From Erysipelotrichaceae bacterium (lineage in GTDB: Bacteria; Bacillota; Clostridia; Oscillospirales; CAG-272): a stretch of 57,228 bases of DNA. Below are positions 18,105 to 27,564 of this stretch, piece after piece. A model generated the notes under the pieces. That model ran no database searches. It was not told the origin of the DNA and worked only from the letters and a program-made list of their open reading frames with translations. A program made the translations under genes and the position numbers. Positions within the stretch are counted from its first letter, which is position 1. Each line of letters begins with the position of its first letter. The stretch spans positions 1 through 57,228 of the forward strand of contig CAVDLN010000002.1 of assembly GCA_963609805.1 (NCBI GenBank). The letters run 5' to 3'.

Positions 18105-18266
18105 TCACTTGGACTCTTTGTGCAGAGTGTGCTTGCGGCAGAATTTGCAATACTTCTTCAGTTCGAGTCTGTCCGGGTCGTTCTTCTTGTTCTTCTTTGT
18201 GTCGTAGTTTCTCTGCTTGCATTCGGAGCAAACCAGAGTTACCTTGACTCTTGCTTCATTAGCCAT
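18105..18266 (-). CDS. rpmG: 50S ribosomal protein L33
   Basis: Hand translation gives [53 protein letters not shown] (53 aa, CxxC...CxxC). Below the ORF-track length cutoff. Confidence 0.92.
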   Translation of the reverse strand: MANEARVKVTLVCSECKQRNYDTKKNKKNDPDRLELKKYCKFCRKHTLHKESK

Positions 18267-18418
18267 GTGTATCGGCACCTCCCATTCAAAATATTTGCCC
18301 CCGCGGCGCGAAAAGGCAGCCGCAAAGGACCGTGTACCTCCCTCTGAGACGGCACGATGCCCGACTTGTGGCGCAAGTCTCCGGGCACAACAAAAAAGCC
18401 CTTCGCAGAGGTAGAGCT

Positions 18419-18447
18419 ATTATAGCACCTTTTTCCCTGTCTGTCAA
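18419..18447 (-). promoter_or_regulatory. promoter of the rpmG-secE-nusG unit
   Basis: Minus strand TTGACA (18447-18442), 17 nt, TATAAT (18424-18419). Leaves an about 145-nt leader. Confidence 0.75.
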
Positions 18448-18477
18448 TAGGTTTTGCATAGGAAACCGCGGCGGCGG

Positions 18478-18510
18478 CAAAAAAATCCCTCCCGCGCGGG
18501 GAGGGATTTT
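18478..18510 (-). terminator. intrinsic terminator after yloV
   Basis: Stem AAATCCCTCCC (18483-18493) / GGGAGGGATTT (18499-18509). U-run on the minus strand (A-run 18479-18485 on plus). Confidence 0.8.
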
Positions 18511-18522
18511 CCGGCTGTTCCG

Positions 18523-20178
18523 TTATTCCACCGAAATGACAAAGTCGTAAAGCGGCTGCCCGCCCGGGATCATGGTAATCTCCGCCTCCGGCAGCAGCTC
18601 CTGCGCGTCCTTCCGCAGCTTCTCGGCGCAGGCCTCGTCCACGTCGGCGCCGTAGAACGCGATCACGAACTGCGCGTGCGGGAAATTCTTGAGCATCTCC
18701 AGCACGATCACGCGGCGGGATGCGCCCGTATACCCGATTTTCCGATCGCACAGACCCATGTATTCGCCCTCGCGGATGCTCATGCCGTCAATGGCGGCAT
18801 CCTTGACCGCACGGGTCACGGACAGCGTATGCACACCCGCGAAAGCCTCCGTCATGGCCGCGCGGTTTCCCTCCGTCCCGGCATCGGGATTGAATGCCAG
18901 CATGGCGGAGAGTCCCTCCGGCACGCTGCGCGTCTCCAGCACCACCGCGGTCTGGCGTCCCTCCTCCGCGAGGATATGCGCCGCCTGCTGCGCGACCATG
19001 ATGATGTTCTTGTTGTTGGGCAGGATAAACACCGTCTCGGCGGCGGTTTTGCGCACGGCACGGAGCAGATCGTCGGTGGAGGGGTTCATGGTCTGTCCGC
19101 CCGTGACGATTTCCTGCGCGCCCGCGTCGCGGAACACGGCGGCGACTCCCTCGCCCATGCACACAGCGACAAAGCCGACCGGCTTGTCGATTTCCGGGCA
19201 GGCGGTGTCCCCCGCATCGGCGGACTTCTCGCCGGCGGCGGTCAGCGCGTGGTGCTGATTGCGCATGTTCTCCACCTTGACCATCTCCAGCGATCCGTAG
19301 CGGACAGCCTCGGACAGCACCCGTCCGGGGTCGTTGGTGTGGATATGCACCTTGATGATGTTCTCGTCATCCAGGAACACCATGGAGTCGCCGATCGGCG
19401 CGATGGCCTGACGGAACGGCTCGCCGGTTCCGTCGCCCGCATACTCCGGCGACTTGGCGATAATGCATTCGGTGCAGTAGGCGAAGCGGATGCTGTCCGT
19501 GTCGATTTCGGAAAAATCGGCTGCGGCCTGCGTATCCCCCGCGGGGGCCTCCGTCTCCGCAGCGGCAACATCCTGTCCCCGGAGCGACGCCAGCATGCCC
19601 TTCAGCATGGCGACAAATCCGCTGCCGCCGGCATCCACGACCTTGGCCTGCTTGAGCACGGGGAGCATCTCGGGCGTTTTCTGCAGCACCTCCTCGGCGG
19701 TATCCACCAGACGCTCGAAGAAGGCCTCCGGGTCGCCCTGATACAGTTCGCTCTCCGCCTCCGCGGTGTCTGCCGTGCCGCGCATGACGGTCAGGATTGT
19801 GCCCTCCGTGGGCTGTCCGACCGCGCGGTATGCCTCATTGGTGCCGGAGCGGATCGCCTGCGCGATGTCCGCGGTATCCGCCTTTTCCTTTCCCTTGAAG
19901 GACTTCGCCATTCCGCGGAAGAACAGTGAAAGGATCGCGCCGGAGTTTCCGCGCGCGGCGCGCAGAACCTTTTCCGCCACACGCCCCGCCGCCTCGGACA
20001 GAGTCCCCGGCTCGACATGTATCTCCCGCACGGGTTTCATGGTCAGGCTCATATTGATGCCCGTGTCCCCGTCCGGCACGGGGAATACGTTCAGGTTGTT
20101 GATTTCGGTTTTCTGGCTGTCCAGCGAATTGGCAGCCGATACGCACATTTTCTGAAATTTATTGCCGTCTATTTCCAT
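18523..20178 (-). CDS. yloV: DAK2 domain-containing protein (YloV family)
   Basis: N-terminal DhaL-like domain (VFPVPDGDTGINMSLT) and a YloV-type C-terminal domain. ATG 20178 (MEIDGNKFQ) is preferred over the tracked GTG 20193 because AAAGGTGG lies 11 nt upstream. Confidence 0.85.
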   Translation of the reverse strand: MEIDGNKFQKMCVSAANSLDSQKTEINNLNVFPVPDGDTGINMSLTMKPVREIHVEPGTLSEAAGRVAEKVLRAARGNSGAILSLFFRGMAKSFKGKEKADTADIAQAIRSGTNEAYRAVGQPTEGTILTVMRGTADTAEAESELYQGDPEAFFERLVDTAEEVLQKTPEMLPVLKQAKVVDAGGSGFVAMLKGMLASLRGQDVAAAETEAPAGDTQAAADFSEIDTDSIRFAYCTECIIAKSPEYAGDGTGEPFRQAIAPIGDSMVFLDDENIIKVHIHTNDPGRVLSEAVRYGSLEMVKVENMRNQHHALTAAGEKSADAGDTACPEIDKPVGFVAVCMGEGVAAVFRDAGAQEIVTGGQTMNPSTDDLLRAVRKTAAETVFILPNNKNIIMVAQQAAHILAEEGRQTAVVLETRSVPEGLSAMLAFNPDAGTEGNRAAMTEAFAGVHTLSVTRAVKDAAIDGMSIREGEYMGLCDRKIGYTGASRRVIVLEMLKNFPHAQFVIAFYGADVDEACAEKLRKDAQELLPEAEITMIPGGQPLYDFVISVE

Positions 20179-20291
20179 ACTGCTGAGCACCACCTTTCAT
20201 GGCAGTCTGTTTGAATGCCGCCCCGCGGGTACCGATATCCGCTCCCGCATATCGGATTTCCTTGTATCGCACACGACATTCGTCCGCCATG

Positions 20292-20320
20292 ATTATACCC
20301 TGTTTCTCCCCTGTTGTCAA
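20292..20320 (-). promoter_or_regulatory. promoter of yloV
   Basis: Minus strand TTGACA (20320-20315), 17 nt, TATAAT (20297-20292). Confidence 0.75.
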
Positions 20321-20423
20321 TACTTTCTTTTTCCGGAGGCGGACGCTCGCCGAAAATTCGTGATATTGTCATCAAAAGAACACGGCGGACGGAGTCTCTT
20401 CGGCAGTTCGGCAAAGGATTTCC

Positions 20424-20452
20424 TTGACATACGGGGGAAAAGCGTATATAAT
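20424..20452 (+). promoter_or_regulatory. promoter of mtnN
   Basis: TTGACA (20424-20429), 17 nt, TATAAT (20447-20452). Confidence 0.75.
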
Positions 20453-20506
20453 TATGTATCAGCGCATGCAACTGCGAAAATTTCAGTCAGAAAGCGGGAT
20501 TTCCAT

Positions 20507-21256
20507 ATGACGGGTACGGATACGAACACGGAAAGAAAGCCGGGATGCCTCGGCATCATAGGCGCCATGCAGGTTGAGGTGGCGGAGCTTGTCTCCCACA
20601 TGACCGACACGCGCAGCCGGACGGTCAGCGGCATCACCTTCACGGAGGGACTGCTGCGCGGGCGGCACACGGTAGTCGCGGGCTGCGGCATAGGGAAGGT
20701 ATTCGCCGCCCTGTGCGCGCAGACCATGATCCTCCTCTACCACCCGGACGCCGTCATCAATACCGGCGTGGCGGGCAGTCTGTCCCCGCGGCTGGGCATC
20801 GGACAGGTCGCCGTCGCGGAGGCCGTGGTGCAGCACGACATGGACACCACCCCCATCGGAGATCCGAAGGGGCTTATCTCCGGGCTGAACATCATCGAAA
20901 TACCCACCGACCCCGCCGTGACCGACGGTCTGTGCGCCTGCGTGCGGGATGCGGGCGTGCCGTTTCTGCGGGGCGTCATCGCCTCCGGCGACACCTTTGT
21001 CGCGGGCAGCCCCGCCAAGGAGCGCATCCGTTCCGACTTCCCCGCGCTGAATCTGGTGGCATGCGAGATGGAGGGCGCCGCCATCGGGCAGGTCTGCTTC
21101 GTCAACCGCACGCCCTGCGCCATTCTGCGCGCCATCTCCGACGGAGGCGACGAGCAGGCGTACGCGGATTACCCGTCCTTCCTGCACGCCGCCGCCCACA
21201 CCGCCGCCGCCCTGCTGGAGGAGTACGCCGCAAGGAGTCACGGCAGCGCGGACTGA
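20507..21256 (+). CDS. mtnN: 5'-methylthioadenosine/S-adenosylhomocysteine nucleosidase
   Basis: GIIGAMQVEV, VVAGCGIGKV, NTGVAGSL, ACEMEGAAIGQV, RAISD. Start is at internal ATG 20507, downstream of the promoter. Confidence 0.9.
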   Translation: MTGTDTNTERKPGCLGIIGAMQVEVAELVSHMTDTRSRTVSGITFTEGLLRGRHTVVAGCGIGKVFAALCAQTMILLYHPDAVINTGVAGSLSPRLGIGQVAVAEAVVQHDMDTTPIGDPKGLISGLNIIEIPTDPAVTDGLCACVRDAGVPFLRGVIASGDTFVAGSPAKERIRSDFPALNLVACEMEGAAIGQVCFVNRTPCAILRAISDGGDEQAYADYPSFLHAAAHTAAALLEEYAARSHGSAD

Positions 21257-21449
21257 CAAAAATCCTGCCTTCCGGCAGGCCGTCCCCGCGCGGATGTTCA
21301 CGCTTTGTTAACCATTATGTGCTATACTTATATGCTGTTTGAAAAAGAACGAACACCCGGGCATCATCCGGAAGGGATTAATTCGTTCCCGGTATTTGCA
21401 TGCCGAAGGCGTCATGCGTCCGGATTGAGTTTGAGAGGAGAAAAGCATC

Positions 21450-22067
21450 ATGAACATTGTATCCCGTACCTACATCGCAATCAAAGACCGACTCTGGCGC
21501 CGCAAGCTGCACAAGACCTTCCGCCGCATGAAGTCGGTGGGGAGAAACGTCTATATCCGGGAGGACTACAGCATTTTTCCGCCGGAAAACGTGACCATCG
21601 GGGACAACGTATACATCGGCGAGCATTTTCTCGCCCGCGCGGAGGGCGGCCTGACCATCGGCAGCGGCACTCTGATCGGACGGTATACCGAAATCCGCAC
21701 CAGCGGACACAATTACAACTCCCCCGACCTGCGCAGCCTGCCCTATGACGACAGGATCTCCAGCGCGCCCATGGTCATCGGCGAGAACTGCTGGATCGCC
21801 ACGCATGTCATTTTCGTCCGCGGCGTAACAGTCGGCGAGGGCGCCATTATCGGCATGGGCGCCGTCGTGACCAAGGACGTCCCGCCGCTGGCGGTGGTGG
21901 CGGGAAACCCTGCCCGCATCATCAAGTACCGCGACCGTGAAGTCTACGAAAAACTCAAAAAAGAAGGGAAAATTTACCTCGACATGACCTACGATTACGA
22001 CCGCTCCACCCTCAAGAAAAGCGAACTTTCCCGCGGCGGAAAGTCCGCGCGGGAGAAAAACGCATGA
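21450..22067 (+). CDS. hexapeptide-repeat (left-handed beta-helix) acetyltransferase
   Basis: IGDNVYIGEH..., IGENCWIATHV..., GAIIGMGAVVTKDVPPLAVVAGNPARI. Maltose/galactoside O-acetyltransferase-like. Confidence 0.8.
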   Translation: MNIVSRTYIAIKDRLWRRKLHKTFRRMKSVGRNVYIREDYSIFPPENVTIGDNVYIGEHFLARAEGGLTIGSGTLIGRYTEIRTSGHNYNSPDLRSLPYDDRISSAPMVIGENCWIATHVIFVRGVTVGEGAIIGMGAVVTKDVPPLAVVAGNPARIIKYRDREVYEKLKKEGKIYLDMTYDYDRSTLKKSELSRGGKSAREKNA

Positions 22068-23431
22068 GCCGCGCGATCGGGACCGCTCCCCTCTCCGTGC
22101 GCACCGTCACGGTGCTGGGAGCCGGAGGAACCATGGGATCCGCCGTTGCGGGTCTTTTTGCCGCCTACGGCGGCGCACGGGTGTACATAACCGGACGCAA
22201 CCCGCAGCACGTGGAGGCAGCCGCTCTGCGCGCCGCCCGCTCGGTGCGCGGCGACAGCATCCGCTCCCGCCTGATTCCCGTCGCATGGGAGGACGCGGAG
22301 ACCGCCGTTGCCGAATCCGATCTGATTTTTGAGAGCGTCGCGGAAAATCCGGACGTCAAGGCGCCCGTTCTGGCGCGCGCCGCCGCCGCCATGCGCCCGG
22401 ATGCCCTGCTCTGCACCGGCACCTCGGGACTCTCGGTCACATCGCTGGCCGCCACGCTGCCCGCGGAGCTGCGCAGCCGTTTTCTCGGCATGCACCTGTT
22501 CAACCCGCCCGGAAAAATGACGCTGTGCGAACTGATCCCGTCTCCCCTCACCGATCCCGCCCTCACCGACGCGGTGCAGGTCAGGCTGGAGACATCGCTG
22601 GGGCGGCATGTGGTGCGCACCGCCGATACCCCCGCCTTCCTCGCCAACCGCATCGGTCTGTGCTTCCTGCATGAGGCGGCGCACCTGGCGGACGACTGCC
22701 GCGGGAAGGGCGGCATAGACTACGCGGACGCGCTGTTCGGCGGCTTTACCGGCCGTGCCATGCCGCCGCTCGCCACGGTGGATTTCATCGGGCTGGACGT
22801 CCACGCCGCCATTATCCGCAATCTGCATGACAACACCCGCGACGGCATGAACGGTCTGTACGTCCTGCCGCCCTACATGGAGACGCTGCTCTCCCGCGGC
22901 GCGCTGGGGCGCAAGTCCGGCGGCGGACTGTTCCGGCAGACCGCCGGCGCGGACGGCAGCCGCATCCGGGAGGTATACGATATCGCGTCGGACAGCTACC
23001 GTCCGGCGGCACACTATGCCTTCCCGTTCGTGCGCGATATGTGCGCCCGCCTGCATATGGGCGACTACGCGGGGGCCTTCCGCGTCCTGCTGAAGGATTC
23101 CTCGGAGGAGGCGTCGCTCTGCCGCAGGCTGCTGGGGCATTACCTGCTGTATTCCTTTGTCGTGGCGGAGGAGACCCGCTGCAGCATGCGGGACGCCGAC
23201 ACCGCCATGGCCTGCGGCTTCGGCTGGTGTCCGCCGCTGGCGCTGGCAGACGCACTGCGCACGGCGGGCGACCCGCTCACGCTGATTGACCTGCAGGATC
23301 CGCTCTGCGCCGGGGACGCGGAACGGGAGGCGCTTGAAAACCTGCGCCTTGCGTGTTCCGCACGCGGCGGACGGCATGACCGCCTCTCCGCCTATGATTT
23401 CCGCCCCTTTTTCCGGGCAAAGGAGGACTGA
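22064..23431 (+). CDS. 3-hydroxyacyl-CoA dehydrogenase family protein (extended C-terminus)
   Basis: VTVLGAGGTMGS Rossmann fold, ESVAENPDVK, GMHLFNPP, DTPAFLANRI. ATGA overlap with the upstream gene. Confidence 0.8.
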   Translation: MSRAIGTAPLSVRTVTVLGAGGTMGSAVAGLFAAYGGARVYITGRNPQHVEAAALRAARSVRGDSIRSRLIPVAWEDAETAVAESDLIFESVAENPDVKAPVLARAAAAMRPDALLCTGTSGLSVTSLAATLPAELRSRFLGMHLFNPPGKMTLCELIPSPLTDPALTDAVQVRLETSLGRHVVRTADTPAFLANRIGLCFLHEAAHLADDCRGKGGIDYADALFGGFTGRAMPPLATVDFIGLDVHAAIIRNLHDNTRDGMNGLYVLPPYMETLLSRGALGRKSGGGLFRQTAGADGSRIREVYDIASDSYRPAAHYAFPFVRDMCARLHMGDYAGAFRVLLKDSSEEASLCRRLLGHYLLYSFVVAEETRCSMRDADTAMACGFGWCPPLALADALRTAGDPLTLIDLQDPLCAGDAEREALENLRLACSARGGRHDRLSAYDFRPFFRAKED

Positions 23432-23434
23432 CGC

Positions 23435-24694
23435 ATGGGACTGAACGGAATGAGCCGTGTATATGTTCTGGGCGGTGCCCAGACCGATTTCGAACGGAAC
23501 TGGTCCCGCGAGGGAAAGGGCGCCGTCGCCCTGCTGCGGGAGATACTGGAGGACGGGCTGGCGGCCGCCGGCATATCCGACGGGGACATCCGCGCGCTGA
23601 ACGCGGACGGACGGGTTTCCTGCTTTGTAGGCAACTACTGCTCGGAGCAGTTCGTGCGGCAGGGTCATTCGGGCGCCCTGCTGACGGAGGCCTCCCCCCT
23701 GCTGTACGGCGTGCCGTCCGCGCGGTATGAGGCGGCCTGCGCCTCCGGCTCGGTGGCGCTGGACGCCGCCATGACCAAAATCCGCGCCGGGGACGCCGAC
23801 CTGTGCATTGTCATCGGCTGGGAGCTGATGAAGAGCGTGAATTCCGCCGTCTGCGGCGATATTCTGGGCATTGCCGCCCTGCAGGAGGTCGAAAGCGAGG
23901 GCGTGGCGTACCCGTTTCCCAAGCTGTTCGGCAGACTGGCGGACGAGCTGCTGCGCAAGTACCGCCTGCCGGAGGATCGTTTTCTGGACGATCTGGCGCG
24001 CATTTCCGCCAACAACTACGCCGCGGCGCGGAGCAACCCGCTGGCGCAGACCCGCAAATGGTTCATGGACTATGAGGAGGCGCGGACGCGCGGCACCGCA
24101 AGCAACGGCTATGTCAGCGGACATCTGGCCGTGTCCGACTGCTCCCAGATTACCGACGGCGCCGCGCTGGTCGTGCTGGCGTCCGAGAAATATGTAAAGG
24201 AACACCGGCGCGACGCGTCCGTATATGTCAAGGGCTTCGGACATCGGGTGGCGCCCCTGCGCTTTGACGCGAAAATCGCCGAATCGGAGGGCTCGCCCTA
24301 CATTCTGCCGTGGACGCGGCAGACGGCTCTGGATGCCTACCGGCGGGCGGGACTGACCGTCGACGATATCGACGTCTTCGAGGTACACGACTGCTTCACC
24401 TCCAGCGAGTACGCGGCTCTGTCCGCACTGGGGCTGTGCGAGCCTGGACGGGAGCATGATCTCATCGCGGGCGGCTGTCTGGCACCCGACGGCAGTCATC
24501 CCGTCAATCCGAGCGGCGGCCTTATCGGGTGCGGCCACCCGGTCGGCGCTACGGGTGTCCGGATGTTTCTGGATATCTACAAGCAGGCTGCCGGCACGGC
24601 AGCGGGCTGCCGCGTAAAGGGCGTTAAAAACGCCATGATGCTCAACATCGGCGGCAGCGCCACCACCAATTATTCTTTCATTATCGGGAAGTGA
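23435..24694 (+). CDS. thiolase family protein (SCP-x / archaeal-type acetyl-CoA C-acyltransferase-like)
   Basis: 419 aa. Active-site-like YEAACASGS, VHDCFT, GCGHPVGATG. Starts 4 nt after the dehydrogenase stop. Confidence 0.8.
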   Translation: MGLNGMSRVYVLGGAQTDFERNWSREGKGAVALLREILEDGLAAAGISDGDIRALNADGRVSCFVGNYCSEQFVRQGHSGALLTEASPLLYGVPSARYEAACASGSVALDAAMTKIRAGDADLCIVIGWELMKSVNSAVCGDILGIAALQEVESEGVAYPFPKLFGRLADELLRKYRLPEDRFLDDLARISANNYAAARSNPLAQTRKWFMDYEEARTRGTASNGYVSGHLAVSDCSQITDGAALVVLASEKYVKEHRRDASVYVKGFGHRVAPLRFDAKIAESEGSPYILPWTRQTALDAYRRAGLTVDDIDVFEVHDCFTSSEYAALSALGLCEPGREHDLIAGGCLAPDGSHPVNPSGGLIGCGHPVGATGVRMFLDIYKQAAGTAAGCRVKGVKNAMMLNIGGSATTNYSFIIGK

Positions 24695-24698
24695 TTTC

Positions 24699-25334
24699 AT
24701 GCGGGCTTTTCTGTACGCCGGAGGGCACATATACCCGGAATTCATTACGGAGCATCCGCGGGCGGAGGATCTGCGCATCGCGGCGGATTCCGGCCTGCGG
24801 GCAGCCGACGCGCTGTCCGAACGGGTGGATGTTCTGGTCGGGGATTTTGATTCGCTCGGCGAACCGCCCGTGCGCGACGGCACGGAAATCGTCCGTGTCC
24901 CCGCCGAGAAGGATCTGACGGACACGCAGCTGGCGCTGGAGATCGCCGTCTCCCGCGGTGCGGACGAGATTATCCTCATCGCCGGTCTGTCCGGACGGCT
25001 TGACCATACGCTGTCCACGCTGTCGATTCTGGAGGACATGCAGGCGCGCGGCCTGCACGGATACATCACCGACGGACAGAACCGGGTGCATTTTCTGCGC
25101 TCCTCCTCCCTGCTGATCGCGCGGAGCAGCTACCGCTACCTCTCGCTCATCGCCGCCGACCCCGTCGTGCGGGGCGTCTCGATTGAGGGCTGCAAATACC
25201 CTCTGTCCCGCGCGACGCTGCGCCGCAGACTGCAGTACGCGGTATCCAACGAAATCACGGGCAACGCCGCCCTTGTTTCCTGCAGAAAAGGCGGACTCTA
25301 CATCATAGAGTCCGCCGACAGGAATGCCGTATAG
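24699..25334 (+). CDS. thiN: thiamine diphosphokinase
   Basis: IAADSG...VLVGDFDS...EKDLTDTQLAL...GLSGRLDH, and a C-terminal thiamine-binding domain. Confidence 0.85.
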   Translation: MRAFLYAGGHIYPEFITEHPRAEDLRIAADSGLRAADALSERVDVLVGDFDSLGEPPVRDGTEIVRVPAEKDLTDTQLALEIAVSRGADEIILIAGLSGRLDHTLSTLSILEDMQARGLHGYITDGQNRVHFLRSSSLLIARSSYRYLSLIAADPVVRGVSIEGCKYPLSRATLRRRLQYAVSNEITGNAALVSCRKGGLYIIESADRNAV

Positions 25335-25354
25335 AGGGCAGCAGCCGGAGAAAA

Positions 25355-26320
25355 TCAGTCCACATCCGCCACGATGCGGTCGGGGCGCACGGTCAGCGCA
25401 GCGGGATGCTCCACGAACCGCCGTATCATCTTGAACGCGGAGGCATAGTAGAAACCGTCGCAGATTCTCTCATCGGTCACGACCTTGACGTCAATGTACC
25501 TGCGCGGCTCGGTTGTCCCGTCCCGCTTGATTTTCACGACGCTGCGCTTGACGCCGTAGGAAATGAACACGGGCAGCGTTCCGAAGTTGTAGATGTGGTG
25601 GTAGATGGGTTTGATGCCGAGTGAGCCCATGCTGGTAATGATCATGGAGCCGTGGAACGGGCTGATTTTGAGTATTGCCTCCGGCAGCCATCCGTGGTAA
25701 TCCAGCCAGTACAGCATACGGACGACGCCGCGCAGCGCAAACCGCGGCAGGTTCGCCAGCCGGTTGGCGGTCGTGTCAAAGCTGCTGTCCAGCTCCTGCG
25801 TCGCCTTGACCTCCTCCACCGCGCGGTTGAATTTCTCGTATATCTCCTCCACGGTATCGTCCGGCTCAAACTGCACCTTGATGCAGGTATCCGGCGATTC
25901 GGAGGTCATTTCCTTCTTGATGGTCATGACGATTTCGATATTGTTGCGCGCGTAGACGCGGCTTCCCGCGACAAAGCGGTTGATGCCGGGCTTCTGCGAC
26001 AGGGTGCGGACATACGCCGCCAGCATGATGTGCAGGAAGCTGAAATTTTTCAGTCCCTTTGCGATCATCTGCTTGCAGAAGGCGTCGGTTTCGGTCACGT
26101 CGAACTCGTCGGCATAGGTATTGCAGCCGTCCGATCTCTCCGGCATGATATAGGGCATGAATTTGGTCATGGCGTATATGCTGCGCAGAACACGCCCCTC
26201 ACGGCGGTCTCCCCAGCGTTTTTTCCGCGGTTCGGGACGGGGCAGGCGGGGGAGCTCTGCGGGGGCTGTCTCCTCCGTTCCGACATCATCGGGGCGGGTC
26301 TCTGCTGCTGTTTCATTCAT
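25355..26320 (-). CDS. 2-oxoacid dehydrogenase E2-like acyltransferase catalytic-domain protein (no lipoyl domain)
   Basis: [11 protein letters not shown]...[27 protein letters not shown] aligns by eye with the E2 catalytic motif DHRxxDG. ATG 26320 has AAGGAG 8 nt upstream. Confidence 0.65.
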   Translation of the reverse strand: MNETAAETRPDDVGTEETAPAELPRLPRPEPRKKRWGDRREGRVLRSIYAMTKFMPYIMPERSDGCNTYADEFDVTETDAFCKQMIAKGLKNFSFLHIMLAAYVRTLSQKPGINRFVAGSRVYARNNIEIVMTIKKEMTSESPDTCIKVQFEPDDTVEEIYEKFNRAVEEVKATQELDSSFDTTANRLANLPRFALRGVVRMLYWLDYHGWLPEAILKISPFHGSMIITSMGSLGIKPIYHHIYNFGTLPVFISYGVKRSVVKIKRDGTTEPRRYIDVKVVTDERICDGFYYASAFKMIRRFVEHPAALTVRPDRIVADVD

Positions 26321-26477
26321 GGGGTTTTCTCCTTCCGGGTCTCTGCCGGTATCCGACAGCCGACTGCTGATTGCATTCACCCCTTATTTTATACGAAAAT
26401 GTCCGGAAAATCAAGTATATATTCCGATAATTTACATTTTCTGTCCGATTTTTCGCCGAAAGGACGGGTATATCACC

Positions 26478-26930
26478 GTGAAACAGATACAGATTTATAC
26501 AGACGGCGCCTGCCGCGGGAATCCCGGCCCGGGCGGATGGGGCGCGGTTCTGGTATACGGGAACGCCGAACGGGAACTCTCGGGCGGGGAGCCGGAGACC
26601 ACCAACAACCGCATGGAGCTGACCGCCGTCATTGCCGCGCTGTCCGCCCTGCGGGAGCCGTGCGCGGTCACGCTGACCACGGACTCGCAGTATGTCGTCA
26701 ACGGCATCGAAAAGGGCTGGGCACGGGGATGGCGCGCGCGCGGCTGGCGCAAGGCGGACAAATCCCCCGCACTCAACGCCGACCTGTGGGGTCGGCTGCT
26801 GGATCTGCTGGACATCCATACCGTCACCTTTGTGTGGGTGCGCGGGCACGCGGGGCATCCGTACAACGAACGCTGCGACCGCCTCGCCACGGCCTGTGCC
26901 GACAGCCTGCGCGGCGTCGGCAAAGAGTAA
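26478..26930 (+). CDS. rnhA: ribonuclease HI
   Basis: [17 protein letters not shown]...TNNRMEL...TDSQYV...[21 protein letters not shown] start at 26478 is inferred (N-terminus [10 protein letters not shown]). Confidence 0.88.
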   Translation: MKQIQIYTDGACRGNPGPGGWGAVLVYGNAERELSGGEPETTNNRMELTAVIAALSALREPCAVTLTTDSQYVVNGIEKGWARGWRARGWRKADKSPALNADLWGRLLDLLDIHTVTFVWVRGHAGHPYNERCDRLATACADSLRGVGKE

Positions 26931-26949
26931 AAAACAGGGGGAAAATCGT

Positions 26950-27525
26950 ATGAGACATCCGTATTTCCGCGCGGCGGCGGCGTTGCTTCTTTCCGCCTCC
27001 TTGCTGACCTCCTGCTCGGTTATTCTGATTGATCCCTCCGATACGGCGGCCGCCCTCCCGGATGCGGGTGCGGTCACAGCCGCGGAGACGGAGAGCCGCA
27101 CGGCGGCGGACGATACCCCGTCGGGCACGGAAAGCACCGCTCTCCCCGATGACGGCAGCCTCAGCGGGCAGGCCTGCTCCGCACAGTCGGACAAGCTGCG
27201 CCTTGTGCTGGATTACCGCCGCACCAAAGGCCCGGACGGACAGGACAGCCTGCTCCTGACCGTAAGTCTGTCCTCCTACAGCCTCTCGGTCGGGGAGCGG
27301 CCGGATCTCGGGAAACTGACAGTCGGGGGCGACTGCCTTACCTTCTCCACCCCCGCCATGGAAATCACGGAAAACACGGTGCGCACGACGACGGTTCTCC
27401 TCACGCACACCGCGGCCGTTCCGTCCGGTGAGGCGGTCGCCGTTTCGGTTTCCTGGCCGTTCAACGGCGTGTATGCCGGTGTCGAACTGACGGATCTTAC
27501 CGTGTCCTGCACCGTCCCGGGATAG
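26950..27525 (+). CDS. hypothetical lipoprotein
   Basis: Signal peptide with lipobox LLTSC. No recognisable domain. Confidence 0.6.
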   Translation: MRHPYFRAAAALLLSASLLTSCSVILIDPSDTAAALPDAGAVTAAETESRTAADDTPSGTESTALPDDGSLSGQACSAQSDKLRLVLDYRRTKGPDGQDSLLLTVSLSSYSLSVGERPDLGKLTVGGDCLTFSTPAMEITENTVRTTTVLLTHTAAVPSGEAVAVSVSWPFNGVYAGVELTDLTVSCTVPG

Positions 27526-27564
27526 TCCCGCGGACAAATACATACGGAAAAGGAGGAATATGCC

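Noticed and set aside
20169-20471. 100-aa ORF in the yloV-mtnN intergenic region; also looked for a missing Asp23/YloU or rpmB gene here
   Set aside because: The ORF spans two divergent consensus promoters and has no SD or recognisable family. No Asp23-like or L28-like translation was found in any frame.
21995-25069. 1024-aa ORF on the minus strand spanning three genes
   Set aside because: It is antisense to well-supported genes (3-hydroxyacyl-CoA dehydrogenase, thiolase, thiN). Its composition is dominated by Arg/Ala/Gly/Pro, which is typical of stop-poor antisense frames in GC-rich DNA. No motifs or SD were seen.
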